The notes: generated by a model not told the origin, from the letters alone. Positions 27,569 through 37,321 are shown, counted from the first letter of the stretch. The stretch is DNA of 56,738 nucleotides from a virus (IMGVR_UViG_3300008952_000057:1-56738), one strand, 5' to 3'. Program-made: numbers and translations.

Positions 27569-28693
27569 GTGAGTAAAATGAACCGAGAAGATATTAAAGA
27601 ACAACTAACTAACAAGGCACGAGACCTTGCACAAAACTCTGTTACTAAGAAGAATTACGTAGAGATTGTAAGAAACGATGAGTTCCTAGACTTACTAGAT
27701 AAACTTATGAAACAATCACCTAACGTAGTAAAGAAGGCAACCAAACCAACAATGGCAAAGTACCAACCTGTCGAAGAACTAACTACTAAGATACCTTTCG
27801 CTCCTATTGCGTTTGACCAATACGAACCTGTTAGATTAGGTGAGTACGTTGAGACCAAGAGTGAGTTGCAAGATATATTAGACATTGCACAGAACAAAGA
27901 GATACCTAACATTCTAATCGAGGCTGGAAAAGGTACAGGTAAAACAACTCTTGCTTATGAACTAGCTACTCTATTGAAAGAAACTTATGGTAAATGTAAT
28001 ATCATATCAATCTCATGTAGTAGTGGTTTAAGAGAGGGAGACCTACGAGGTAGATACCAACTAAGTGTTGATGAGAATGGTAAAGAGATATCAATCTTCG
28101 TTGCTGGTATTTTAATAGAGGCAATTCAATCTGCATTAAGAGATGGTGTTGCAGTACTATATCTAGATGAGTTGAATGCATTAGAACCAGAACTACAGAA
28201 GATGTTGAACTCATTACTTGATGCACGTAGATGTTTGTCAGCTAATGGTCATATGTTTAGAGTAGGAGATGCAAGACTAATTGTTGTGGCAACACAAAAC
28301 CCATCTACTTATTCAGGTGTCCAAGAATTGAACGAGGATTTGAGAAGTAGATTTGTTGGAGACATCTGGGATTACCCATCACAAGAACATCTAGAACAGA
28401 TTGTTGATTGGACTGGAGTACCAGACGATGCTAAACAAGGAATCACGCAACTAGCAACAGACACATACAACTATAGAACCAAGGGTGACGTAGAGTATGT
28501 CTTGACAGTGAGAGACCTCAAAGACTTCTGTGAAGTGTACCGTATATTTAATGACCCAAAACAAAATGCAGATGCATTAACTGTGTTGCGTAAGACATTA
28601 GATAAGACAGTACTAATCAGGTACAGTGATTCAACAGAACGTGAACTCATACAACAATCAATCAACGACACGTTTGATTGGTCAGAGAACTAG
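27569..28693 (+). CDS. MoxR/CbbQ/NirQ-type (CobS-like) AAA+ ATPase
   Basis: Walker A AGKGTGKT, Walker B LYLDELN, ATQNP..Y.G..ELN.DLRSRF. Confidence 0.9.
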   Translation: MSKMNREDIKEQLTNKARDLAQNSVTKKNYVEIVRNDEFLDLLDKLMKQSPNVVKKATKPTMAKYQPVEELTTKIPFAPIAFDQYEPVRLGEYVETKSELQDILDIAQNKEIPNILIEAGKGTGKTTLAYELATLLKETYGKCNIISISCSSGLREGDLRGRYQLSVDENGKEISIFVAGILIEAIQSALRDGVAVLYLDELNALEPELQKMLNSLLDARRCLSANGHMFRVGDARLIVVATQNPSTYSGVQELNEDLRSRFVGDIWDYPSQEHLEQIVDWTGVPDDAKQGITQLATDTYNYRTKGDVEYVLTVRDLKDFCEVYRIFNDPKQNADALTVLRKTLDKTVLIRYSDSTERELIQQSINDTFDWSEN

Positions 28694-28706
28694 GAGGTAC
28701 TAAGAA

Positions 28707-30932
28707 ATGAAATGGATATACAATATATCTAAAGGAGAATGGGAGGAGGCAACACCTAATCCCTTCTTCGTTCCTTTTTCTGAATACTTCACAGACAAAG
28801 ATTACTACGAGAAGAGAAAACATATTGTTGAGAAGATAACTGGTAAGAAGATAGCAATCACATATACTAGAGAACCAAATTCTATACATAACAATGGTCA
28901 AGGAGAGTTTGCAACTGAGAAGGCTAAGATTGAATACGTTATCAATCTAACTGACCCACCTCTTAAAGAAGTTGATATGAAATCAGCTTACTACCACGAG
29001 CAAGGACATGCATTGTGGGAGAGTTTTGTATCTAATGGTATGACAATCTGTAGAGACTATGGTAATAGTTACGTAGTAAAGAGATGGAAAGAGTTAGGTA
29101 TGTTAGCTGTCGTTGATGGTAAAGAACAGATAGTATTCAAGGACAAGAAAGGTAGAGAGATTTTGCCTGACCCAATACTATTCGAGAGGTTCAATAGATT
29201 ACTTGAATCACATAAAGGATTTGCACGTAGTACATACATGACAGTCTTTAATGTGTTAGAAGACCAGAGGATTGAATCATTAACTAGCAGAGTATGGTTG
29301 TCAACTAAGGGAATGTTTAAAGAGTTAAGGCAGAACCTTGCCTCTACTTGTCAAACATTTGAATCACCAGTTGATAAACTACTTGCAGTTAGATTCACTC
29401 ATCCATCAATGTTTGACGTAGAACATGTGTACCATGATGCAATAAAGAATGTAGAATACACAGATAAGTTTGGAGCAATCATTGAGGTTCACAAACTACG
29501 TAAAGACATTGACGAGTGGATTGAAAAACAACTGAAAGAAAACATGAAGAAAGTAATGGACAACTATAATGCAATAGCCAATGGTGGATTTGGAAAGAAC
29601 GAACAAGAGGAATTGCAAAAACTAAAACAAGAGATAAAACAAGCACCAGACAAAGCAGTCGTAGAGGTGGAGTCAAGGATTAATAAGTTCAAAGCAATAG
29701 AGAAACTTCAAGGTATGGACAAGAAACAAATGGAACAGGCAAAGAAACGTGAGCAACAACTAACTAGAAGTGTGAACAAGATGAAGAGAGAAATGTCTAC
29801 CACCAATAAAGAATGGGAGACCAAAAGAAAAAGAGTGGAAGAATTAGAGAGGAAAGAAACAGAACATGGAAGTGCAAGAGAAAGAATAAGATCAGAACTA
29901 AATGGTTCAGCTAACACTATGATTGAGAAAGGTAATAGTGAATTTGCTAAGAATCCAACTGGTAATCATGAGGCTTGTTCACATGAGAATAAAGCAGAAC
30001 TGGAAGAGGTAATGGAAAAACTAAAAGCTGGTGGACTAACTAATGAGAAGAGCAAGGCAACAGCACGTAGAGAGATAAGCAACATACTATCAAAACTACA
30101 AGAACTAGAAGAACCAGAGAAACCAGCACATATCCTAGTAGATAGTAATTACCAGAACAGAGAAGTGGGTGAGATAACCGACCTTAATGCAACAGCTACA
30201 AGATATCTAAAGAAAACATTCGACAAGATTGTTGCAAGTAGAGTTACAAAAGTAACAGAGAATGGCATGGAAGTAGATACTGAATCATACATAGCAAGAA
30301 AACAACGAGGTTATGGTGAGTTTATGATAGGTGAAGAACCTCAACGTGGTCTCAAAGTAATAGTATCTATAGATGGTTCAGGTTCTATGAGATATGATGA
30401 CCGTATAAATATCTGTAGAAGAATGATTGCAACAATGTTCAAATCAATAGAAGGATTACCACACGTACAATTGATAGCAAATGTATGGTCAGCAGGTAGA
30501 GATGGAGATGTATGTATAACACCTATCAGAAAACTATCCGAGTGTAGACATATTGGTATAGACAGTCACTACGTATACACACCAACACATGAAGCACTAA
30601 GATATGCAAGACAAGAGATAACAAACAGTGGTAATGGTAAGAAACTATTCATCATGTTAACTGATGGACATCCACAATACTTTGACCCTGTTAGTAGGGC
30701 TGCAATAGATGATAAAATCCTAGTGAGAATGGCAAGAAAAGAGTTTACCAAACTGAATAGATTATGCAAGAACTCATTTGCATTAGGTATATCAACTTCT
30801 GGTCTAGGACGAAGACAATTGACAGAAGTATTCAAGAAGAACATAGTATATGTCAAAAACGCACAACAAGCTGAAGGTATAGTGTTGAAGAAATTCAGAC
30901 AACAAGTAATAGATACAATGAAGAGAAGATAG
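28707..30932 (+). CDS. vWA-domain protein with N-terminal HEXXH domain (CobT/NorD-like AAA+ partner)
   Basis: HEQGH and FNVLEDQRIE at the N-terminus, a central coiled coil, then MIDAS DGSGS...T...TDG. Confidence 0.85.
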   Translation: MKWIYNISKGEWEEATPNPFFVPFSEYFTDKDYYEKRKHIVEKITGKKIAITYTREPNSIHNNGQGEFATEKAKIEYVINLTDPPLKEVDMKSAYYHEQGHALWESFVSNGMTICRDYGNSYVVKRWKELGMLAVVDGKEQIVFKDKKGREILPDPILFERFNRLLESHKGFARSTYMTVFNVLEDQRIESLTSRVWLSTKGMFKELRQNLASTCQTFESPVDKLLAVRFTHPSMFDVEHVYHDAIKNVEYTDKFGAIIEVHKLRKDIDEWIEKQLKENMKKVMDNYNAIANGGFGKNEQEELQKLKQEIKQAPDKAVVEVESRINKFKAIEKLQGMDKKQMEQAKKREQQLTRSVNKMKREMSTTNKEWETKRKRVEELERKETEHGSARERIRSELNGSANTMIEKGNSEFAKNPTGNHEACSHENKAELEEVMEKLKAGGLTNEKSKATARREISNILSKLQELEEPEKPAHILVDSNYQNREVGEITDLNATATRYLKKTFDKIVASRVTKVTENGMEVDTESYIARKQRGYGEFMIGEEPQRGLKVIVSIDGSGSMRYDDRINICRRMIATMFKSIEGLPHVQLIANVWSAGRDGDVCITPIRKLSECRHIGIDSHYVYTPTHEALRYARQEITNSGNGKKLFIMLTDGHPQYFDPVSRAAIDDKILVRMARKEFTKLNRLCKNSFALGISTSGLGRRQLTEVFKKNIVYVKNAQQAEGIVLKKFRQQVIDTMKRR

Positions 30933-30934
30933 AC

Positions 30935-31666
30935 ATGAATAATTATTATCGTGATCTGTTTAAAACATTGAAACTACAACAAGGAGAGGTTCACTCTATG
31001 AATGTAGGTGGAGAAAGAATAGTGAAACCATATGCAACACGAGTAGCTGGTGTAAGACTATCAGGTACATGGTTGTTAGAGAACATGAAGTTAGATAGAA
31101 AGTCTAGTAAAGACTGTGAGTGTTGTGGTCACAAGCATTTGAAATACCAGTACTTCATCAACAATGAGTTAGGTGAACGACTACTGGTTGGTTCTGAATG
31201 TGTTGTCAAGATATGTGATGACCAAGAGGTTGAACGTATAATGACAGGTGTTGAATCATTAAAGAATTCAATAGATAGAAAATTCAGAGAGACATTGTTG
31301 AAAGACCAACTACGTGATTGGTTGGAAACAAACAATCTTGTGTTGTTGGAAATCAACGAGGAGTATAAGAAAGAGTTTGAGGCACAACATGGTAGTGAGT
31401 TAGGTTACTACCAAACTGACAGACTAGCAAGATTCTGGAGAAGTATGACAGCACAACTACGATACACATCGGCAGCAACTATACGTACGAAGATAAACAC
31501 TCAACTCAAGTGGTTAGGTTGTGATGTAGTGAAATGCCCAACAGCTAGACTATCCAAAGAACATAAGGAAGAGTTAGAACAGTTGAAAGAAGATGGTATT
31601 CAACAGTTCATCATGAGTAACTACACAGGTATGGAGAAGAAGAGAAGTGAACAGAACACTTCTTAA
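30935..31666 (+). CDS. Zinc-finger-containing hypothetical protein
   Basis: CECCGH...VGSECV. Confidence 0.7.
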   Translation: MNNYYRDLFKTLKLQQGEVHSMNVGGERIVKPYATRVAGVRLSGTWLLENMKLDRKSSKDCECCGHKHLKYQYFINNELGERLLVGSECVVKICDDQEVERIMTGVESLKNSIDRKFRETLLKDQLRDWLETNNLVLLEINEEYKKEFEAQHGSELGYYQTDRLARFWRSMTAQLRYTSAATIRTKINTQLKWLGCDVVKCPTARLSKEHKEELEQLKEDGIQQFIMSNYTGMEKKRSEQNTS

Positions 31667-31883
31667 CTCCCCTTCTTTTTGTATCGTGTGTGGTAAACCA
31701 CCAGACGAATACAAACTAATCAAGCATCACGTATCGTATTACCCAGAGATTATAGCTCATGTCCACTACGAATGTCATAAAAAAATCCATGACTCTACGT
31801 GGTCACCGTTCATCCAATACAAACGTGGTGAATCCAAAAAGTTCTACGACGAGAAGGGAGACAACAAACCTCTTGTCGAGTAA
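31647..31883 (+). CDS. Small HNH-like protein
   Basis: CIVCG...HHVSY...ECHKKIH. Confidence 0.6.
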   Translation: MNRTLLNSPSFCIVCGKPPDEYKLIKHHVSYYPEIIAHVHYECHKKIHDSTWSPFIQYKRGESKKFYDEKGDNKPLVE

Positions 31884-31936
31884 TTCCTCTCTTAATTGTA
31901 CACCAATTAAAAGACCAAAAAAGACATCTACTCCAA

Positions 31937-32622
31937 TGACGTACGAGCTAGCTCAAAAATTAACTGGAGGTTTAACCACTACGACGAAGATGCCATGTAA
32001 ATCATATAGTATTCCTTCTTCTATGTGTCTTATAGGTGGTCAATTAAGAAAAGTAAAAGGTTCTGTTTGTGAGCATTGTTATACGTATAGATATAGAAGA
32101 TTTCCAAATGTTATAGAAAAACAACAGGAACGTATAGCAACACTAATCCAGCCACGATGGGTAGAAGCAATGGCATATCTAATAAAAAGTGAGAGTAATA
32201 GATTTTTTAGATGGCATGATTCTGGAGATTTACAAGGTATTTGGCATTTGAAAAAGATAGTAGAAGTAGCAAGACTAACACCAGAAGTAAACCACTGGTT
32301 GCCTACATTAGAGGTACAAATTGTTGAAGATTATCTAAAAAGAGGTCATGAAATACCTTTTAATTTATGTATTAGATTTTCAGCACCAATGGTAAGAAAT
32401 ATCATTCATGTTCAACATCCATTAGGAAGTGTGAAGTTAAGAAAAATGAGATGTACTGGTAGTGCTGTTCTTAAGATGTCTAAGAAACAAAAAGAAATTG
32501 TAAAACTGGATTACCTAGATAGGTCAAACATTTGTCCTGCATTCAAAAATGATGGTAAATGTGGTGATTGTAGAAAATGTTGGGATAACAACGAGGAGAT
32601 GATTCATTATGTCTACCATTAA
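31937..32622 (+). CDS. GP88-like Cys-rich (radical-SAM-like) protein
   Basis: KMPCKSYSIP...C..G...GSVCEHCY, FFRWHDSGD, HWLPT and CPA...CGDCRKCW. Start probably MTYELA. Confidence 0.75.
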
Positions 32623-32968
32623 AATGAACGAAATGGAATATAGACTGGCGTATATCAGTTGGTATTGTAAGTGTAATTATTCATTAGGAATACCATTAGC
32701 ATTATACGACGTATATGAATGTAAATTGAGATGGTTGTCTAGATTACCAAAACATTTGAGAACAGAAGGTTATAGAATAGACGTAGAGTTTAAGAATGCA
32801 AATGATAAAGAGTGTCGTAGATTTATAAACATATCAAGAATAACAGGGGGAGCTACAACGGTACTGAAAATATATAAGAAAATGCCTAAAAATACACCCA
32901 CTCCACGAAAGTATATAATACCTAAAAAATATGATAAGGAGTGTAAGGGGATAAACTATAATCTATAA
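32609..32968 (+). CDS. Hypothetical protein
   Basis: 119-aa ORF in operon. Confidence 0.5.
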   Translation: MSTIKMNEMEYRLAYISWYCKCNYSLGIPLALYDVYECKLRWLSRLPKHLRTEGYRIDVEFKNANDKECRRFINISRITGGATTVLKIYKKMPKNTPTPRKYIIPKKYDKECKGINYNL

Positions 32969-32972
32969 AGAC

Positions 32973-33185
32973 ATGAATTTACAAGAAAGATATAATGAAA
33001 TGAAGAGAGAACAACACACAATATGTAATGCAGTTGGATGTAATAAATTAGTAGAGCATAAATTAAAATGTCTTATAACTTACCCTAATAAAAAAGAGGG
33101 TATACATACTGTATATTTATGCCATTCATGTTTTCTAAACCAGAAGCTAATTGATTATAAAAAAGAGGAGGTAGATAAACAATGA
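32973..33185 (+). CDS. Zinc-finger micro-protein
   Basis: CNAVGC...LCHSC. Confidence 0.6.
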   Translation: MNLQERYNEMKREQHTICNAVGCNKLVEHKLKCLITYPNKKEGIHTVYLCHSCFLNQKLIDYKKEEVDKQ

Positions 33186-33817
33186 CCAAATGGAGAAACC
33201 AGTTTGGTGCTGGTGACACTAACGACCCACAAAAAAGTGTATGGGGAAAGAAACTATTAGGTGGTGTAGCTGGTCTAAAATTCACAGCAAAACAAATAGT
33301 AGATGAGTTTCCTAGAGGATGGACAACATACGTAGAACCTTTCGCTGGAATGGCAAGAACCTGTAAGGAAATGGGTTTTGATATGTGTACCTTTTCTACT
33401 AATACTATTGTGTTGAATGATTTGTCACCACACTCTAACGAGTACTGTAAGAAGGTATTTCCTATTGCAATAGTAGAGAATATGTCATTTGAAGATACAA
33501 TTAACAAATATGATAGTGATAAGACATTCTTCTTTATTGACCCACCTTGGAGACATAATATATACACATACAATGACTTCTTTAGGATGGATAGAAAGGT
33601 ATATGATTACTACGAGAAGTTGTTAGAGATGACCGAGACAATGAAGGGTGATTGGATGATTACTTCCAATGCTGATGAGCATGAGTGTAGAAAAATACTG
33701 ACCAAAAGTAAATGGAATACAAAATTGATTAGTAGTGGTGGTAAACACATATTTGGTAAACCAGCCAAAACACTATTGTGCAGTAATATATTTGGATTGA
33801 AGGAGAAATCGAAATGA
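33182..33817 (+). CDS. DNA adenine methyltransferase (D12/Dam-like class)
   Basis: YVEPFAG (SAM-binding motif I), VLNDL, FFFIDPPW (catalytic motif IV). Confidence 0.85.
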   Translation: MTKWRNQFGAGDTNDPQKSVWGKKLLGGVAGLKFTAKQIVDEFPRGWTTYVEPFAGMARTCKEMGFDMCTFSTNTIVLNDLSPHSNEYCKKVFPIAIVENMSFEDTINKYDSDKTFFFIDPPWRHNIYTYNDFFRMDRKVYDYYEKLLEMTETMKGDWMITSNADEHECRKILTKSKWNTKLISSGGKHIFGKPAKTLLCSNIFGLKEKSK

Positions 33818-34023
33818 GTCATGGATATTCACGTCTTTCAGGTAAAGAAATAATCATGGGTAAGTCATATCCAACACACGTAACTATACCACTTGATGAA
33901 TATAGTGAACTAACTAAGATGTTGATAAAACTATGGAAAAAATCAAGACCTAAACTTGAATATGAAATAGGTGAAATCATAGATAAGGTGCAGGATTTAG
34001 CATATAAGGAGGAATCGAAATGA
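33814..34023 (+). CDS. Hypothetical protein
   Basis: 69 aa, bounded by junction repeats. Confidence 0.65.
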   Translation: MSHGYSRLSGKEIIMGKSYPTHVTIPLDEYSELTKMLIKLWKKSRPKLEYEIGEIIDKVQDLAYKEESK

Positions 34024-34127
34024 AAGGAATTCATATTATGTCTGATGGGTTAGATACAGATGGTGTTCTGTTTTGTGTGTCTTGTGGCAAATCACAAGAA
34101 GATATAGATGAGGAGGAATCGAAATGA
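34020..34127 (+). CDS. 35-aa micro-protein
   Basis: MKGIHIM...FCVSCGK...EEESK, bounded by junction repeats. Confidence 0.6.
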   Translation: MKGIHIMSDGLDTDGVLFCVSCGKSQEDIDEEESK

Positions 34128-34249
34128 AAATTGATATAGAAATACCGAAAGGATTTGAAGCTGAAATCAGATTGTATTGTTCTACTTGTCAAGAAGAAGT
34201 AGTAGGAGATGATTATAAGATACATAAATGTGAGGAGAAATTGAAATGA
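34124..34249 (+). CDS. 41-aa zinc-binding micro-protein
   Basis: YCSTC...HKC, bounded by junction repeats. Confidence 0.6.
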   Translation: MKIDIEIPKGFEAEIRLYCSTCQEEVVGDDYKIHKCEEKLK

Positions 34250-34353
34250 GAGGTAAAATTCAAATCTGCCTTAGATGTGGTGAATCGAAGAAATTATGTA
34301 AGTGTGACCCAAACATAAGGTTAATGCAAGTTATACTCGAACAGGTGAATTAA
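34246..34353 (+). CDS. 35-aa zinc-binding micro-protein
   Basis: ICLRCG...LCKC. Confidence 0.6.
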   Translation: MRGKIQICLRCGESKKLCKCDPNIRLMQVILEQVN

Positions 34354-34354
34354 A

Positions 34355-34591
34355 TTGATTAAACAAGTACATGATGCAATCAAGAACCTAGCAGATTCAG
34401 AGGGAATGACAATAGATGAGTATCTCTATGCTATACAAGGTGGTGGTTTTCCATGCGATTGTAAGGAGAGAACCCCTGCATTGAAAGATGTTATAACGTA
34501 TGATGATGACCATTACTGTGTGAAATGTGGTAATTATTACCACCCAGCTATGGCAGACCCACGTTTTGTGAAAAAGGTGTTAAACAAATGA
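34355..34591 (+). CDS. Zinc-ribbon protein
   Basis: CDC...YCVKCG. Confidence 0.6.
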   Translation: MIKQVHDAIKNLADSEGMTIDEYLYAIQGGGFPCDCKERTPALKDVITYDDDHYCVKCGNYYHPAMADPRFVKKVLNK

Positions 34592-34704
34592 CTGAATGTG
34601 AACATGAGTGGGTAGATAACTTACCTGTTCGTAATAATTCACAGGATGGTAATGCTGGACAACACTGTAAACATTGCTATAAAGAGAGAGGTTATTCAGT
34701 ATGA
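34588..34704 (+). CDS. 38-aa zinc-binding micro-protein
   Basis: CEHEW...CKHC, ATGA-coupled on both sides. Confidence 0.6.
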   Translation: MTECEHEWVDNLPVRNNSQDGNAGQHCKHCYKERGYSV

Positions 34705-34898
34705 AAGTTCTGATTAGATGTAAATTATGTGATTGGGAAACAAACAATTCAAATCATATGGGTATTGGACATCATGAAACATCACACAAAGATGAATTAA
34801 ATGAACTATTAGGTACAGGTTATGGAATAGAGAATATATGGATGCGACTAACCTTTAACCCTAATACTAATCAGGCAAATTGGGAGAGTTTTCAATGA
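34701..34898 (+). CDS. C2H2-type micro-protein, paralog A
   Basis: CKLCDWETNNSN..GI.HHETSH. Confidence 0.65.
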   Translation: MKVLIRCKLCDWETNNSNHMGIGHHETSHKDELNELLGTGYGIENIWMRLTFNPNTNQANWESFQ

Positions 34899-35044
34899 AA
34901 GTTATGTGTAATTTATGTGGATGGGAAACAAACAATTCAAATCTTGAGGGTATTGAAAGACATGAAAGGTGGCATGAGCCACATGTAAAACGTGCTAGTG
35001 ATAACGTTATATTAGGTAAGGTAGTGTGGGAATTATGCCAGTGA
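34895..35044 (+). CDS. C2H2-type micro-protein, paralog B
   Basis: CNLCGWETNNSN..GIERHERWH. Confidence 0.65.
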   Translation: MKVMCNLCGWETNNSNLEGIERHERWHEPHVKRASDNVILGKVVWELCQ

Positions 35045-35805
35045 ATGGTGGATTATTAAACGAGCCATGGGTATTAGAATTTAGCAGAGAGTTAGAACAA
35101 GATGAGTTTAAATCAACTCTTGGTGACTCGTGTACCCAACAACAAGGTGCTGGAAAATTAAGACCTCTTGTAGGTATTATGGTCGGAGAAACAAACAAAA
35201 TTAGTTTCTATAGAGGCAGAAGATTTACTAGTGGTGATGTGTTTGTTAGTCATGAATTTACTCCTCCATTAACAAGCTACGGTGTTTCAAATGCTCCTGT
35301 TAGAAGTAATCTGTTTAATGAGATGTGTAATATTTTATCTGCACAAGCTAGACAAGTAGCTGGTACTGTTATATCATACGATATAAGATTTCCATTAGTA
35401 CCATATGTGACATGTCCATCTGTTGATGTTACAGGTGAAAATCCTGAAGAGACATACTTTCCAGTCTCAATAAATGACGTAAGAAAATATTGGAGTCAAG
35501 CATTATCGAATCATAAATCACAAGAACATAGAAGTTACTACATACAGTTTGAAAAAAATGAGATAAAAGAACATGGTAGATGTGCTGTGACTATATGTAG
35601 GAATTGTTTAGACTACGTGTCATGTATGATTCATTTACAGGTTGCAGAAAAATTAGTAGCAAGAAAACATGAACCTTTTAGTGAAAACCCTAAACGAAGT
35701 AGAGCAATAGCAAATGAATTTGGATATGGAACTTTTAGTGGAACACCACGTCAGTTTAAAGGTGCTACTGATTCCGACTATAGATTCCCATCAAAGAATA
35801 AGTAA
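35026..35805 (+). CDS. Hypothetical protein
   Basis: 259-aa ORF with no recognised family. Confidence 0.65.
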   Translation: MGIMPVNGGLLNEPWVLEFSRELEQDEFKSTLGDSCTQQQGAGKLRPLVGIMVGETNKISFYRGRRFTSGDVFVSHEFTPPLTSYGVSNAPVRSNLFNEMCNILSAQARQVAGTVISYDIRFPLVPYVTCPSVDVTGENPEETYFPVSINDVRKYWSQALSNHKSQEHRSYYIQFEKNEIKEHGRCAVTICRNCLDYVSCMIHLQVAEKLVARKHEPFSENPKRSRAIANEFGYGTFSGTPRQFKGATDSDYRFPSKNK

Positions 35806-35837
35806 GACTTATATTACGTAGTGTTTTGAAAAATCGT

Positions 35838-36068
35838 ATGACACTGACAGATAGAGAAAGATTTATCTTACATACAATGAAATTAATGGCTTCTAGGGGA
35901 TTTCTCGATAATCTTAACGAAGCTCATGGTGTAATGGAAGTATTTGTTAACACATTAATCCAAGGTAGATGTAGAAAACTCGAACAAGATGACGTAGATA
36001 TTCTTTTTAAGGATGTAGAGGAGGAACTTCTACTTTCTAAAGAATTTTATCGTGAGAATAACATTTAA
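35838..36068 (+). CDS. Hypothetical protein
   Basis: MTLTDRERFIL..., with a CTTATATT box upstream. Confidence 0.6.
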   Translation: MTLTDRERFILHTMKLMASRGFLDNLNEAHGVMEVFVNTLIQGRCRKLEQDDVDILFKDVEEELLLSKEFYRENNI

Positions 36069-36092
36069 ATTACGGAAAAAATATTTTTTTTT

Positions 36093-36218
36093 ATGTGCCA
36101 CATATGTTTAAAAGATACAGGTGAAGAGAAAGAATTTGATAAACTTTCTTTATGTGAGGAGTGTTTTATTAGAGTGAATGAACTGATGGAGAATGAAAAA
36201 AATGAAACTAAAGAATGA
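36093..36218 (+). CDS. 41-aa zinc-finger micro-protein
   Basis: MCHIC...LCEEC. Confidence 0.5.
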   Translation: MCHICLKDTGEEKEFDKLSLCEECFIRVNELMENEKNETKE

Positions 36219-36609
36219 AGAGAATTGTTTAAACTGTAACAGAGAAATGATGCCACCACTGAAAGGATGTGGTAAGAAATTCTGTAACAGAACATGTATG
36301 GATGAGTATAGAAAAAAGACTGGTTATTGGGTTAAACTAAATAGACAGAGGCATCCATTAGTAATTAAAAAATGTAAGTTATGTGGTGAATCATTCAAAC
36401 CAAACACATTGATTAGAAGATATTGTAGTGTTGAATGTAGAAATATATATAATCATAGGCTGGATAAAAAATTAAAGACAGTCCGAGTACCATTAAAAGT
36501 GTGGTTACAATATAAGAAAGGTGTAGAAAAAAGAACTCAAAAAGTTATTGAGAAACTAAAGAAAGATGATTATGAACTTCCTAAGATATACTCGTATTTA
36601 GGTAAGTGA
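36193..36609 (+). CDS. Tandem treble-clef-type zinc-finger protein
   Basis: CLNC...FCNRTC and CKLCG...YCSVEC. Confidence 0.7.
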   Translation: MKKMKLKNEENCLNCNREMMPPLKGCGKKFCNRTCMDEYRKKTGYWVKLNRQRHPLVIKKCKLCGESFKPNTLIRRYCSVECRNIYNHRLDKKLKTVRVPLKVWLQYKKGVEKRTQKVIEKLKKDDYELPKIYSYLGK

Positions 36610-36610
36610 G

Positions 36611-36766
36611 ATGAAAGATAAAAAACTTCCTTGGTCTGACCATGTAGATGTAAATGTAAACATACCATGTAAATTATGTAGAAAACAATCAATAAGTGCT
36701 AGTGGTTGTAAATATTGTTCTTTATGTTATAAGGAGTTACTCTCTATTAAGATTCTAGGTAAGTGA
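36611..36766 (+). CDS. 51-aa Cys-rich micro-protein
   Basis: CKLC...CKYCSLC. Confidence 0.5.
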   Translation: MKDKKLPWSDHVDVNVNIPCKLCRKQSISASGCKYCSLCYKELLSIKILGK

Positions 36767-37003
36767 ATGCTCTGCCCATTGCATACAAAATATTAAACGT
36801 TCTTCCATATCTTCATCCATGTTCTCATTTTCATTGGATTCATCTAAACAGTAGTGGATAACCTCATGTGATATTGTCTTAAAGATATCCTCAATTGACT
36901 CATGGTTGGTTAAGAATATAAGGCACCTTCCAGTCTCAGAATAATAGATTCCTCTATTATCATCATCATACCCATTTACCCTTAAATCCATTTTGAGAGG
37001 CAT
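36755..37003 (-). CDS. Minimal HEXXH zincin-like protein
   Basis: TISHEVIH plus downstream EE. Confidence 0.65.
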   Translation of the reverse strand: MPLKMDLRVNGYDDDNRGIYYSETGRCLIFLTNHESIEDIFKTISHEVIHYCLDESNENENMDEDMEERLIFCMQWAEHSLT

Positions 37004-37051
37004 AGCTAATTTTCGTTGGATTTATAACTAAATAAGATTTACTGTTATAGT

Positions 37052-37321
37052 ATGAGGGTGTTAGGTAGGTTCCTAGATTGGTATGAGAGGCATATGACAA
37101 AGAGCCTTTTAGCCTCTGCCATCATATTATACCTCCAAATACCACATACAATAACTGCAGCCGAATGCTTTTTTGGAGACCATAACCATACCTATTTATT
37201 CGGTAAAAATATAGTGTTGGATTTCTTGTTATATGGTATTGACCTACTCGAATTGATACCTATTATAAGTATAACTTTATTAATAACAGCAAGGGTCAGG
37301 AAGTATGTCAGAAGAGCCTGA
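37052..37321 (+). CDS. Small membrane protein
   Basis: Two hydrophobic segments, with a TATA box upstream. Confidence 0.6.
   Translation: MRVLGRFLDWYERHMTKSLLASAIILYLQIPHTITAAECFFGDHNHTYLFGKNIVLDFLLYGIDLLELIPIISITLLITARVRKYVRRA

Larger units (their letters stand above)
33801..34249 (+). repeat. 17-bp gene-junction repeat AGGAGRAATYGAAATGA x4
   Basis: Copies at 33801, 34007, 34111 and 34233. Confidence 0.9.

Noticed and set aside
27569-28693. cobS cobalamin auxiliary metabolic gene
   Set aside because: Motifs support only a MoxR/CbbQ-type AAA+. No CobN or other cobalamin genes are present.
25389-36766. Complete GATC avoidance in the early block, and genome-wide GGCC/CCGG avoidance
   Set aside because: GATC occurs at least at ~29890 and ~30953. 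The depletion is an impression I cannot count reliably by eye and needs an observed/expected k-mer calculation.
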